From: a virus
Taxonomy: Duplodnaviria > Caudoviricetes
Length of the DNA stretch: 64,000 nt
Virus record (IMG/VR): IMGVR_UViG_3300033076_000277
Span: 1,656 to 65,655 of that record
Strand: one strand, 5' to 3'
Part shown: piece by piece, positions 7,721 through 16,514 of the stretch
Layout of the letters: each line of letters opens with the position of its first letter
Position numbering within the stretch: position 1 is the stretch's first letter
Notes under the pieces: generated by a model
What the model saw: only the letters and a program-made list of their open reading frames with translations
What the model was told of the DNA's origin: nothing
Databases searched by the model: none
Made by a program: the position numbers and the translations under genes

Positions 7721-8716
7721 ATGCCATACACATGCAGAAACTATGAAGAAGCACAAGCAATCTTTAACTCACGCCCTGCTGTACGCAGTAACAAGTGGGC
7801 ACCAAACGAGCGGCCACTCGAACCCAAGCCACGCGCAGAACACCGCCTCATCCAAGGCGAGACAAGCTATGGCAAGTACTTCGACCTCAAGCTTTACGAG
7901 ACAGTCATGGCGCGGTTCTACGAGCCCAAGGTAGAGGACGGCAAGCGCGTTGAGCGCAGGCTGTACATGGGCCACCCATCACAGACAAGCCGCAAGTTTA
8001 TGTGGGAGACAACGCACTTCAGCGTTGGTATGAACTGGTGCAGAGACGCTAGCGGTGGACGATCAGACGAAAGCATCATCATGCCTATTTACACCAAGCA
8101 CTTTATGCAAGATGAAGATGGCACAAGGTTCAGCCTTGCCGCGTACCTAGTCGATGGCGTGCTCGATACCACACGCTCAAGTCACACACCGCACCACCGA
8201 CTAGTCGCGGACAAAGATGTCCGCAAGCACAAGCAACGTGTTGTGCAGTTGTTCGACCCATACATCACCCTTGCACTGATGCGTATGCCAGAGTTCAAAG
8301 AGAACTGCAAGCTTGACCACAACTTCGGCCACGCGTTCGGCGGTGAGGGGTTTCAGCGACACTACCTGATGGCCATTCGTGAAATGTGGGATGCGTTGCA
8401 GATGGCGGATGTCATGCCCTCAACACCCAGTATCAACACGTTCTTCGAGATGTGTCAGAAAGCATACGATGTCATGGCGTCTAAGCGTGGCTACAACCAG
8501 AAGAACTTCGAGTTCGGACACAGATGGTACACATCCCCCAACGCAAAGATCAGCACAGTCGACGATCTTGAGCGGCCTGTTGAGAGCGACGACTTCAGGC
8601 GTGCCATCATCGACAGGATACAGAGCTACGTTGGTAGCAACAACTTGAGGAAACTGCAAGAGATACGCCAGTTCCCTACCAAGGCAGAGTACCCAGTGAG
8701 TAACATCCATGTATAA
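7721..8716 (+). CDS. hypothetical protein
   Basis: 331 aa, GGAGTAATTTATCATG start. Confidence 0.85.
   Translation: MPYTCRNYEEAQAIFNSRPAVRSNKWAPNERPLEPKPRAEHRLIQGETSYGKYFDLKLYETVMARFYEPKVEDGKRVERRLYMGHPSQTSRKFMWETTHFSVGMNWCRDASGGRSDESIIMPIYTKHFMQDEDGTRFSLAAYLVDGVLDTTRSSHTPHHRLVADKDVRKHKQRVVQLFDPYITLALMRMPEFKENCKLDHNFGHAFGGEGFQRHYLMAIREMWDALQMADVMPSTPSINTFFEMCQKAYDVMASKRGYNQKNFEFGHRWYTSPNAKISTVDDLERPVESDDFRRAIIDRIQSYVGSNNLRKLQEIRQFPTKAEYPVSNIHV
8202..8225 (+). repeat. variant motif copy S5 (1-nt longer spacer, inside CDS)
   Basis: TAGTCGCGGACAAAGATGTCCGCA. Confidence 0.5.
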
Positions 8717-8738
8717 ATAACCCCTAGGGTTTCCGCTA

Positions 8739-8771
8739 GGTTGTCAAGTCTTTGACAACCTATGCTATAAT
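8739..8771 (+). promoter_or_regulatory. promoter (extended -10) with overlapping operator
   Basis: TATG-C-TATAAT at 8761-8771 directly after perfect IR GGTTGTCAA-GTCT-TTGACAACC (8739-8760); second IR CCTAG-N8-CTAGG at 8723-8740. Confidence 0.8.
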
Positions 8772-8796
8772 TTATCCACAACAACAGGAGAAGCAA

Positions 8797-10002
8797 ATGA
8801 GCTATGAGAAAATGACCCTCAATCAGAGGGTACAAGCCGCCAACATTGACTGTATGCGGCACCCCAAGTTCGCCTTGCTGTCAGGCGTCATCATGCTAGG
8901 CAAGAGCGAGGTGTCTGACAAGATACCAACAGCCGCTACCAATGGCCGTGACAAGAAGTACGGCGCTGACTTCATCGCACCACTCACACGCAAGCAACTG
9001 CGCTACCTCGTTCTCCACGAGAACTTTCACGTTGCGCTCAAGCATTGCATCTTGTTCAAGCAGTACACGCGCAAGATGCCTAAGCTCACCAACATCGCAC
9101 AGGACTACGTGGTTAATGCGTTGATCGAGGAACTCGACCCCGAGTTCAAGTTCGTTGAGCGCCCCACACCTACGCTACTCATTGACCGCAAGTACTTCGG
9201 TTGGTCTTTCCCTCAAGTTCTCAATGACCTCATCAAGAACGGCAAGAAGGAACCACAAGGGGGAGACGGCGACGATGGCGGTGGCAATGGTGACTTCGAC
9301 GAGCCCCTCGATGCGCATGAGGATGGTGAGTTCGACGACAGCCCCGAGGAACAAGAGAAGCTTGGCAAGCAGATCGACGATGCCAACCGACAAGGCGAGA
9401 TCCTCGCACGCAAACTTGCGGGTAAGGAAGGCGGTGGTCGTGACATCTTAGGCACAGCCGTTGAGCGCACAACAGACTGGAAGCAAGCGCTTCAGGAGTG
9501 GATCAGTTCTATCTCTGCGGGCGACGACAACTCGCGCTTCTGTCCTCCCAACAAACGCTTGCTCGCATCGGGCTTCGTTATGCCATCACACTTCACGGAG
9601 TCTGTCGGTGAGTTGATCCTTGCTGTCGACACATCGGGCTCCATGTATCCGTACTACAAGTTACTCTTTGGTGAGATCGCACGCATCTGTCAGACAACCA
9701 AGCCTGCCGGTGTGCGTGTGTTGTGGTGGGACACCGCTGTGTGTGGCGACCAACAGTTCAAGCCTGCTGACTACGAGCAGATCGCATCGCTCATGAGCCC
9801 CAAGGGTGGTGGCGGTACGACACCTGACGTAGTCGTTGACTACATCCGCGAACACAAGATCGACGCTCGGGCAATCGTCTGGTTATCAGACGGCTACCTT
9901 GGTTGCGATACACCGAATACCCCAATGCCGTCTCTGTGGGGCATAGTGGAGAACGACTCGTTCGTTCCTACTCACGGCAAACTCTTGCGTATTTCTGTTT
10001 AA
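8797..10002 (+). CDS. DUF2201-like protein: metallopeptidase-like N-domain plus VWA domain
   Basis: HENFH (HExxH), acidic/Gly linker, MIDAS DTSGS, GGGGT, LSDG. Confidence 0.9.
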   Translation: MSYEKMTLNQRVQAANIDCMRHPKFALLSGVIMLGKSEVSDKIPTAATNGRDKKYGADFIAPLTRKQLRYLVLHENFHVALKHCILFKQYTRKMPKLTNIAQDYVVNALIEELDPEFKFVERPTPTLLIDRKYFGWSFPQVLNDLIKNGKKEPQGGDGDDGGGNGDFDEPLDAHEDGEFDDSPEEQEKLGKQIDDANRQGEILARKLAGKEGGGRDILGTAVERTTDWKQALQEWISSISAGDDNSRFCPPNKRLLASGFVMPSHFTESVGELILAVDTSGSMYPYYKLLFGEIARICQTTKPAGVRVLWWDTAVCGDQQFKPADYEQIASLMSPKGGGGTTPDVVVDYIREHKIDARAIVWLSDGYLGCDTPNTPMPSLWGIVENDSFVPTHGKLLRISV

Positions 10003-10023
10003 TTAACTTTGGAGATCTTTATC

Positions 10024-11148
10024 ATGAACAACTTTTTATCTGCACAACAAGTCCTCAACCTCATCGCCGCTATCGGTGACAAGCGCACAGTAATCGTGGA
10101 GGGTGAGAACGGCATCGGCAAGACTGCGCTCTTCCATGCCTTGCGTAAGTTACCCAAGTTCGCTGACCACATCGCAGTCAAGCCTGTTGACTGCACACAA
10201 CTGTCCGATGGTTCAGTGTGGATGCCTGACCTTGATCGTGAGAACGGCGTCTCGCGTGAGTTACCCAACGAGCGCTTCGGTGTCAGCGCACACAACCAAC
10301 TTGGTGTCAACAACTCCAAGCCAATCATCGTGATGCTTGACGAGATCGCCAAGGCACCGCAGTTCATCAAGAATGTACTTGCGCCTATCGTGTACGAGCG
10401 TCGTGTTGGCAACCTCGATATGCCCGAGGGTAGCGTTGTGTTCTGTGCTACCAATCTGTCTGTCGAGGGTCTCGGTGATTCCATTCAAGCGCACCTGCGC
10501 AATCGTCTCGTGTTCGTCAAGATGCGTAAGCCTACGGCTGACGAGTGGGTCAAGTGGGCGACTGACAATCAGATCAACCCAATGGTCATCGCATTCGTTA
10601 GCAACGAGCCACGTGTTATGCAGTCGTTCCTTGACTACGAGAAGGGCGGCATGTTCGAGGGCAAGGACTTGTCCAAAGACAATGGCTTCATCTTCAACCC
10701 CAAGTCTATGCAACTTGCATACGCTACGCCTCGCTCATTGGTTGCGGCCAGTGACATTCTCGACGCAGGCTTGGGTGTGCTTGACGACGACACGCTTGAG
10801 GCTTCGCTTGTTGGTACTGTGGGCGCGACGACTGCGCAGGCATTGTCATCGTTCATTCGCTTCGGCCGTGAGATCTGCGACTACGCTCGTGTCATCAAGT
10901 CACCAGAGACAGCGCCGCTGTCTGACAACCCCACGGCGCAGTTGATTCAGGTGTTCCAGTTCGTCACCCGTGTGGCCGACCGCGCTGAGGCTGAGGCTAT
11001 CGTCAAGTATGTGTGGCGTATGCGTGCAGAGATGCAGTCGATCTTCTGTAACACAGTGGCAACAAGTCAGCGCGTTGCGATGTTCGCAACCATCAACGAG
11101 TTCGGTCGCATGTTGGCCGAGCACAAGATCTTCTTCTCTACTAAGTGA
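10024..11148 (+). CDS. MoxR-type AAA+ ATPase
   Basis: Walker A GENGIGKT, Walker B IVMLDE, sensor ATN, Arg finger LRNR, TPRS; adjacent to VWA gene. Confidence 0.9.
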   Translation: MNNFLSAQQVLNLIAAIGDKRTVIVEGENGIGKTALFHALRKLPKFADHIAVKPVDCTQLSDGSVWMPDLDRENGVSRELPNERFGVSAHNQLGVNNSKPIIVMLDEIAKAPQFIKNVLAPIVYERRVGNLDMPEGSVVFCATNLSVEGLGDSIQAHLRNRLVFVKMRKPTADEWVKWATDNQINPMVIAFVSNEPRVMQSFLDYEKGGMFEGKDLSKDNGFIFNPKSMQLAYATPRSLVAASDILDAGLGVLDDDTLEASLVGTVGATTAQALSSFIRFGREICDYARVIKSPETAPLSDNPTAQLIQVFQFVTRVADRAEAEAIVKYVWRMRAEMQSIFCNTVATSQRVAMFATINEFGRMLAEHKIFFSTK

Positions 11149-11156
11149 GGTAACAC

Positions 11157-11513
11157 ATGCGGAGATTTGCATACAGGCTTTTCATCCGCATGTGCGAGAA
11201 GCGCATGACGGAGTTAGGCAAAGAGCTACTTCCCTTGTTTGAAGAAGGTGAGTGGAAGTTCAGCGAGTACAGGATAACGCACATGAGTTCAGGCATAGAG
11301 TTCTGGATTGGCAATGACACCCACGGCTTTCGTCTGTACGACGTCAAGGGCCTGCCTTATCACGACGAGTCATACAGAGGCGCACTCAACAAGGCAGACA
11401 AGTTCGTGCTGTGGGATGCGTACCAAAAGATACTCGACAAGGTAAAAGCCAAGCCAAAAGAAGCCGCACTCAACATGGTGCGTTTACATAAGATGAAAGG
11501 AGAAGTGAAATGA
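11157..11513 (+). CDS. hypothetical protein
   Basis: 118 aa, GAGG SD. Confidence 0.75.
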   Translation: MRRFAYRLFIRMCEKRMTELGKELLPLFEEGEWKFSEYRITHMSSGIEFWIGNDTHGFRLYDVKGLPYHDESYRGALNKADKFVLWDAYQKILDKVKAKPKEAALNMVRLHKMKGEVK

Positions 11514-11752
11514 ATGACCCAGTAACTAACTCACTGGTGATGCAGACAGAGTTCGGAGACGATGAGCTAAAGAAAGCAGTCGACGAGCACATCAGGAGTC
11601 TTGCGTACGAAGTAGCGGCGCTTGCTGTGCGCGAGGCGTTCAACAACCCTGACAACTTTCGTCGCATGCTTGTCAACAGCCAGTTTGAGTTTGAAGTAGG
11701 CGTCATGCGCGCCATGAAGAGTTTTCTCAACAACCCCAAAAACATTTACTAA
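11510..11752 (+). CDS. hypothetical protein
   Basis: 80 aa, AGGAG SD. Confidence 0.7.
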   Translation: MNDPVTNSLVMQTEFGDDELKKAVDEHIRSLAYEVAALAVREAFNNPDNFRRMLVNSQFEFEVGVMRAMKSFLNNPKNIY

Positions 11753-11763
11753 GGAGTTTTATC

Positions 11764-12648
11764 ATGACTACAACTACACCACGTCACAATTTAGATACAT
11801 GCGCAATGCTTGTGGAGTTCAACGCTTCTGTGTGGACAGCACGCAAGCTAGACAAGTCAACCACCGATGAGGTGGTGGCAAGCAAGAACGCAGGGGCCAA
11901 GGATGCCGCGCGTGTTAACAAGCACCTGCTTGCAGGTCGCACCGAGCTAGACATCATCCAACAAGCAGTCAGTCGTGCGCGTCAATTCGTATACGACAAC
12001 ACTGCACCTTGGTCTGACTCAGGCTTGCGCCTCTTACCTACTGTCAACTTCATGAAGTTCACTGAGCGCATGAACGAGTTCGAGGAAGAGATGGAGGCAC
12101 TGGTCAAGTCTTTCGTTGCGATCTATCCTACGCTCATCACTGCGCAGGCGCTTGCTCTTGGCGATATGTTTAAGAGAGACGACTACCCCACAGCCAATGA
12201 GATCATGACCAAGTTCTCGTTCCGTGTTAACTACATGCCAGTCCCATCATCGGGCGACTTCCGTGTAGACGTGGGCAATCAAGCGCAGGCCGAGCTCAAG
12301 GCGCGGCTCGAAGCGCTGACACAAGAACGCATTGACTCTGCCATGGCAGATGTGCGCGAGAGACTTAGCACTCACCTCAAACGTATGTCAGACAGACTGA
12401 CCACTGACTATGTGAATGGCGAGGCTAAGCAACGACGTTTCCACGACACGCTTGTCGATGGCGCGTTGGAGTTGTGCGACCTCACCAAGTCATTGAACGT
12501 GACAAACGACGTGGCGCTGGAGGAAGCACGCAAGCAGTTAGAGCAGTTACTTGTTGGCGTTACACCAACTGATCTGCGTAAGAACGAGGCCATCCGTCAA
12601 GACGTCAAGAAGAACGTGGACGCCATCCTCAACAAGTTCAACTTCTAA
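11764..12648 (+). CDS. DUF3150-like protein
   Basis: FNASVWTARKLD...K.LL...PWSDSGLRLLP pattern, helical; usual partner of phage MoxR/VWA pairs (recalled). Confidence 0.7.
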   Translation: MTTTTPRHNLDTCAMLVEFNASVWTARKLDKSTTDEVVASKNAGAKDAARVNKHLLAGRTELDIIQQAVSRARQFVYDNTAPWSDSGLRLLPTVNFMKFTERMNEFEEEMEALVKSFVAIYPTLITAQALALGDMFKRDDYPTANEIMTKFSFRVNYMPVPSSGDFRVDVGNQAQAELKARLEALTQERIDSAMADVRERLSTHLKRMSDRLTTDYVNGEAKQRRFHDTLVDGALELCDLTKSLNVTNDVALEEARKQLEQLLVGVTPTDLRKNEAIRQDVKKNVDAILNKFNF

Positions 12649-12658
12649 GGAGATACAC

Positions 12659-12817
12659 ATGAACACTCACTACCTTAAACACGTGCGTCAGTTGTTTGCT
12701 ACATACAACGCACCACCCGAGACCATCCGTTACTACCAACGCCAGTGGGTGCACTCCATCCGCAGACTTGGTGACAAGTGGTTGCTTGCTCAGCATGTGC
12801 AACGCTTGGAGGCGTGA
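12659..12817 (+). CDS. small hypothetical protein
   Basis: 52 aa from ATG 12659, AGGAG SD. Confidence 0.65.
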   Translation: MNTHYLKHVRQLFATYNAPPETIRYYQRQWVHSIRRLGDKWLLAQHVQRLEA

Positions 12818-13566
12818 TGCGATTTCGCCGTGCGTTCAGGAAAGAAGTACTTACTGCCGCAGAGATAGAGAGGCGTCTGTATGGCGCTCCTCTACCTGAG
12901 ATAAACAAACTACCACCCGCCACCAGTGGCGGGGCTCTCGAAGCAAAAGAAATTATCAACAAACTACAAGGCACAAACAGAAAGGGAACGGTCATGCCTG
13001 ATCTTCAGTCAGCACTCAAAAACGCAATCGAATCGTGGGAACCCACCCCCACCAACAAACCAGTTCAGTCAGTTCAACAACCCAAGGAGAAAACCATGTC
13101 TAACAAAGTAACATTCCCAATCAAGAACAACGTCACTCGCGTAGTCTTCGACTACATCAAACAGCACCCCGGCACGACAGCCGCCGCCGCGTGTAAAGAC
13201 TTAGCCAAGCAGGGCTACAAAGAGTCCTCAGTCACGGCTTTGATGGCGCAGTTTGTCCGCGCTGATTTGGCTGTTCGTGATGGCAAGTTCGGCTATCGCG
13301 TGGTGGTGGATGAGTACATCCCCATGAAGGCATCGCAGAAGTACAACAAGAAGTCCATCAAGGTACACTCTAAGATCAAACCCACCAAGCCTGCGCACGT
13401 AGAGCCAAAGAGTGATGGCATTGCCGCGCTACAACCCGAAGCTACCGCCAAGCGTGTGACCAACATACTGGTGTTTGGCAAGTCTCCTGAAGAAGTTATC
13501 AAGAACATGACGGTGTTCCAAGCTAAGGAGTTGTACGAGTACCTGAAGAAGTTGTTCGGAGGTTAA
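12817..13566 (+). CDS. putative winged-helix DNA-binding protein (alternative start 12994)
   Basis: HPGTTAAAACKDLAKQGYKESSVTALMAQFVRADLAVRDG wHTH-like pattern; basic linker. Confidence 0.6.
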   Translation: MRFRRAFRKEVLTAAEIERRLYGAPLPEINKLPPATSGGALEAKEIINKLQGTNRKGTVMPDLQSALKNAIESWEPTPTNKPVQSVQQPKEKTMSNKVTFPIKNNVTRVVFDYIKQHPGTTAAAACKDLAKQGYKESSVTALMAQFVRADLAVRDGKFGYRVVVDEYIPMKASQKYNKKSIKVHSKIKPTKPAHVEPKSDGIAALQPEATAKRVTNILVFGKSPEEVIKNMTVFQAKELYEYLKKLFGG

Positions 13567-13567
13567 G

Positions 13568-13747
13568 ATGAGAGAAGAGCAAAAGCGCCAAGCGTTCCCC
13601 GACGAAAATAACTACGGCATCAGTATGCGTGACTACTTTGCGGCTAAGGCATTGCCCCGCGTGATGCAAGACGGAAAAAGCTTCTACGAGATCGCAGAGG
13701 ACGCATACGACATGGCAGACGCCATGATGAAAGTGAGAGAAAAATGA
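13568..13747 (+). CDS. 59-aa phage protein (MRDYFAAKA...AYDMADAMM family)
   Basis: Not in ORF track; recognisable widespread phage micro-protein motif; GGAGG SD. Confidence 0.75.
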   Translation: MREEQKRQAFPDENNYGISMRDYFAAKALPRVMQDGKSFYEIAEDAYDMADAMMKVREK

Positions 13748-13839
13748 CTTGGCCATTCCCGCCATTTCCAAACCCAAAGGACAAGGGGACGAAGCGCCCC
13801 AAGTTCAACCCTGAAAACGAAGAGGATGCACCACTATGA
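13744..13839 (+). CDS. 31-aa peptide (MTWPFPPFPNP...)
   Basis: Not in ORF track; ATGA-coupled at both ends. Confidence 0.6.
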   Translation: MTWPFPPFPNPKDKGTKRPKFNPENEEDAPL

Positions 13840-14273
13840 CTAAAGACGAAGCATTGAAACTGGCGCTGGAGGCGTTGGAAAACGCTACGCCAACAGGCTT
13901 CAATATGGAACGAGATAAGCAATTCTTTGCCGCCATCACCGCCATCAAAGAAGCCTTGGCACAGCCAGAGCAGGAGCCTGTGGCAATGAAGTTCAAGATT
14001 TACAAGCCAACTGTGCCAGACCCAACAAGGCAAGACATCAACAACGCCTTATTGCCTTGGGTGTATGACCAAGACAGAAGTTCTGGGTTTGACGCAAGTA
14101 TGTGGGTCACGCCAGTGGCAACTCTCCCACCACAGCGCAAGCCGCTTTCTGAAAATGAAATTAAGCATCTTTGGTACGAAGCGTGTCAAACAAACCTTGA
14201 ACTAACTTCACAACTCATTGTGCATTTGGCTAGAAACATTGAAGCCGCACACGGCATTAAGGGGTTGGTATGA
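13836..14273 (+). CDS. modular hypothetical protein (ALKLALEALE...EPVA...AAHGIK)
   Basis: Mosaic of short motifs common in proteobacterial phage early genes. Confidence 0.8.
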   Translation: MTKDEALKLALEALENATPTGFNMERDKQFFAAITAIKEALAQPEQEPVAMKFKIYKPTVPDPTRQDINNALLPWVYDQDRSSGFDASMWVTPVATLPPQRKPLSENEIKHLWYEACQTNLELTSQLIVHLARNIEAAHGIKGLV

Positions 14274-14491
14274 AATTGGAGACACAACACTCAAGCGCTA
14301 TCAACAAGACAATTAGACCAAAGGGTATGGACATAACCAAGATTCCAGCCGACACCAGAAAGTTTGTCGAGGCCGAGGCGCTTTCAATTTTTACAACCAT
14401 GACTAACGCTGGCGCGTCATTGCAACAAACACTGTTGGCAGTTTACTTGTCTGGCATGAGCGCCGCACACGGCATTAAGGAGGAAGCATGA
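14270..14491 (+). CDS. hypothetical protein ending AAHGIK
   Basis: 73 aa, coupled overlap. Confidence 0.7.
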   Translation: MKLETQHSSAINKTIRPKGMDITKIPADTRKFVEAEALSIFTTMTNAGASLQQTLLAVYLSGMSAAHGIKEEA

Positions 14492-14709
14492 CAGACGAAG
14501 AAGTTGAAAAAATCATCAAGTCAAACATGATGTTGACAATGGACTTTGCTGGCATCCGAGCAGACTTTGAAGAAAAGTTACAGCGCAAGCCGTTATCGGA
14601 TGATGAGATTATTTTGATTGTGGCTGATTGCGCATCTTCTCATCAGCACACGGACATTCACTTTGCCCGAGCCATTGAAGCCGCACATGGAATAAAGGAG
14701 AACACATGA
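14488..14709 (+). CDS. hypothetical protein ending AAHGIK
   Basis: 73 aa, AGGAGG SD. Confidence 0.75.
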   Translation: MTDEEVEKIIKSNMMLTMDFAGIRADFEEKLQRKPLSDDEIILIVADCASSHQHTDIHFARAIEAAHGIKENT

Positions 14710-14954
14710 AAGATATACACATCACCATGTACACAAAGGCTAACTGCCCCAACTGTGTCACCGCGAAGCTCATACTAGATGCCGCAGGGCTGAAGTACGC
14801 AGACGTTGACATTGAGGTGGGCGAGCGCTTGGCTAACTTCCTCAAAGAGTTTCCTGACGCTCGTCAGATGCCGCAGATCTTTATCAACGACCAACGTGTT
14901 GGTGGGTTGGCGGGATTGCAGAAAGCGCTTGGACAACTGGGAGTATTGGTTTGA
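14706..14954 (+). CDS. grx: glutaredoxin
   Basis: YTKANCPNC active site, cis-Pro motif MPQIFI, VGG. Confidence 0.9.
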   Translation: MKDIHITMYTKANCPNCVTAKLILDAAGLKYADVDIEVGERLANFLKEFPDARQMPQIFINDQRVGGLAGLQKALGQLGVLV

Positions 14955-15151
14955 GTGGATTTGCAAAACAACAGCTTGCGATTGGTGGCAAACAGCCTAT
15001 ACACAAGCACAAGCTGTGCAACAAATGTGAAGAGATGCGTCCCCCTGAGGGGGGCATCCAAATGAGTCCGTCCAAGTGGTACTGTGCAGTATGTTGGACG
15101 AAACGAACAACAACGAGGAACTTGTTAAATGCCAAGACCAAAGCCACCTGA
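14951..15151 (+). CDS. small Zn-ribbon protein
   Basis: CNKC...CAVC. Confidence 0.7.
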   Translation: MSGFAKQQLAIGGKQPIHKHKLCNKCEEMRPPEGGIQMSPSKWYCAVCWTKRTTTRNLLNAKTKAT

Positions 15152-15287
15152 ACCTTTGGAACGAGTGGATCTTCGCCTGACCCGCACACACAGGGCGATG
15201 TTGAAACATTTAGGTGGTGTGAGGTGGTTACGTGCGATGCTTGAGAAGCATGCGCCGTTGCCCAAGAAATATTATTCAAAGGACTAA
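15129..15287 (+). CDS. 52-aa putative ribbon-helix-helix DNA-binding protein
   Basis: Not in ORF track; MPRPKPPEPLERVDLRLT...LGGVRWLR. Confidence 0.6.
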   Translation: MPRPKPPEPLERVDLRLTRTHRAMLKHLGGVRWLRAMLEKHAPLPKKYYSKD

Positions 15288-15342
15288 CAGAGTGTGATAA
15301 AGACGATTTGTGCAAGCCTAGTAGATGCGACCACACTTTGTC

Positions 15343-15438
15343 GGCAACAAGGGGCTGTTATGTCCTTTGAAACTAGATTCTCCTTGTTGCCACTCCCCAC
15401 CGCGATACGAGGGGGCGCGGAATCTACTTAACCCCCTC
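15343..15438 (+). ncRNA. candidate structured cis-RNA: 12-bp hairpin plus H-type pseudoknot
   Basis: 15343-15354/15380-15391 stem; S1 CCGCG/CGCGG (15400-04/15416-20), S2 GAGGGGG/CCCCCTC (15409-15/15432-38). Confidence 0.5.
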
Positions 15439-15463
15439 ACCCAATTCATAACAGGAGAAGCAA

Positions 15464-15760
15464 ATGGACACGCAAGAAAACAAGTACGAGTACAGGTACG
15501 AGAAAGAGCCCGCCAACATGGGCGAGTTGATGCACAAAGATGCCATGCGCTACCGCAGGCTGAAGTTTTTCCTAGACACGTTGGTCATCATGGACAACAA
15601 GAGGGGCGCTCTGCACTTCGAGCACGGCACAGACTTTGACAGCTACATCGACGGCCTAACCATCAGCACCAAACCACTCACCGCCAAAGACATCACCGCG
15701 CATGCGTTGAGCATACTAGAAGGCCAACTCACAATGACATCAGAGGAGAATCGCAAATGA
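15464..15760 (+). CDS. hypothetical protein
   Basis: 98 aa, AGGAGAAGCAAATG start. Confidence 0.75.
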   Translation: MDTQENKYEYRYEKEPANMGELMHKDAMRYRRLKFFLDTLVIMDNKRGALHFEHGTDFDSYIDGLTISTKPLTAKDITAHALSILEGQLTMTSEENRK

Positions 15761-16011
15761 CAAGCAACGCATTCGATTACAGCGCCGCCCTTCCCAAACG
15801 CGAAGGCATGTCCATAGACATGGAGTCCCCCATGACGCCGACAGAAAAAATAAGGTTTTTAAAGGGGAAGATTGAAGACCTAAACAGATACCGCGCTGTG
15901 GGGTTACGACTTAGAACAATCGCCAAGGAAGGGAACCTCATGATTAACCACCCAGACAAAGGCTTCGTGTTGGTTGAAGACTTAGAGCAATACATGATGG
16001 AGAAACTATGA
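15757..16011 (+). CDS. hypothetical protein
   Basis: 84 aa, coupled. Confidence 0.7.
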   Translation: MTSNAFDYSAALPKREGMSIDMESPMTPTEKIRFLKGKIEDLNRYRAVGLRLRTIAKEGNLMINHPDKGFVLVEDLEQYMMEKL

Positions 16012-16514
16012 CAGCCGCATGGAAACAAAAGAAGTTCGAACGCCTCGCTCAGAAAGATCTTGTGGAGAAGCTCAAGGGTGAAGTGAAGTATCTACAAGAC
16101 AGGTTGGATGCATACAAAGGTCAACAGAAGTACATGGAAGAGCGCGTCAAAGACTTGTACTACCAACGCGATCAAGCGCAGATCTTGGCCAACCGCTACA
16201 ACGCACTGCGCACACAAGAGTTGATGATTGCAACGTCCGATGGGTTTAAACTGGTGACAGGCGAGGAGCTTGACATACATTGTGGTGCTACGGCATACGG
16301 CGAGTCCCCTAAAGTGTCGGTTAAAGGTTGGCCTGCACAGCATGTGATGACGTATTCAATAGCCGCAGACTGGAGCGCAAATCAATCAGAGAAGTTCAAC
16401 GAGGCACTGAGACGCTCAATGGTACAAACACGCGAAGCGATGAAAGAAGGAATAGAAATTTATGGCCTCAACACCGGAAGCACTGGTCAAGAAGAAGATA
16501 CGCAAAATCCTTGA
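16008..16514 (+). CDS. hypothetical coiled-coil protein
   Basis: 168 aa, coupled. Confidence 0.7.
   Translation: MTAAWKQKKFERLAQKDLVEKLKGEVKYLQDRLDAYKGQQKYMEERVKDLYYQRDQAQILANRYNALRTQELMIATSDGFKLVTGEELDIHCGATAYGESPKVSVKGWPAQHVMTYSIAADWSANQSEKFNEALRRSMVQTREAMKEGIEIYGLNTGSTGQEEDTQNP

Noticed and set aside
8742-8757. TTGACA halves as functional -35 boxes of divergent promoters
   Set aside because: Only 8 nt to TATAAT on + strand, and no -10 at 16-18 nt on - strand; same at 23164-23179
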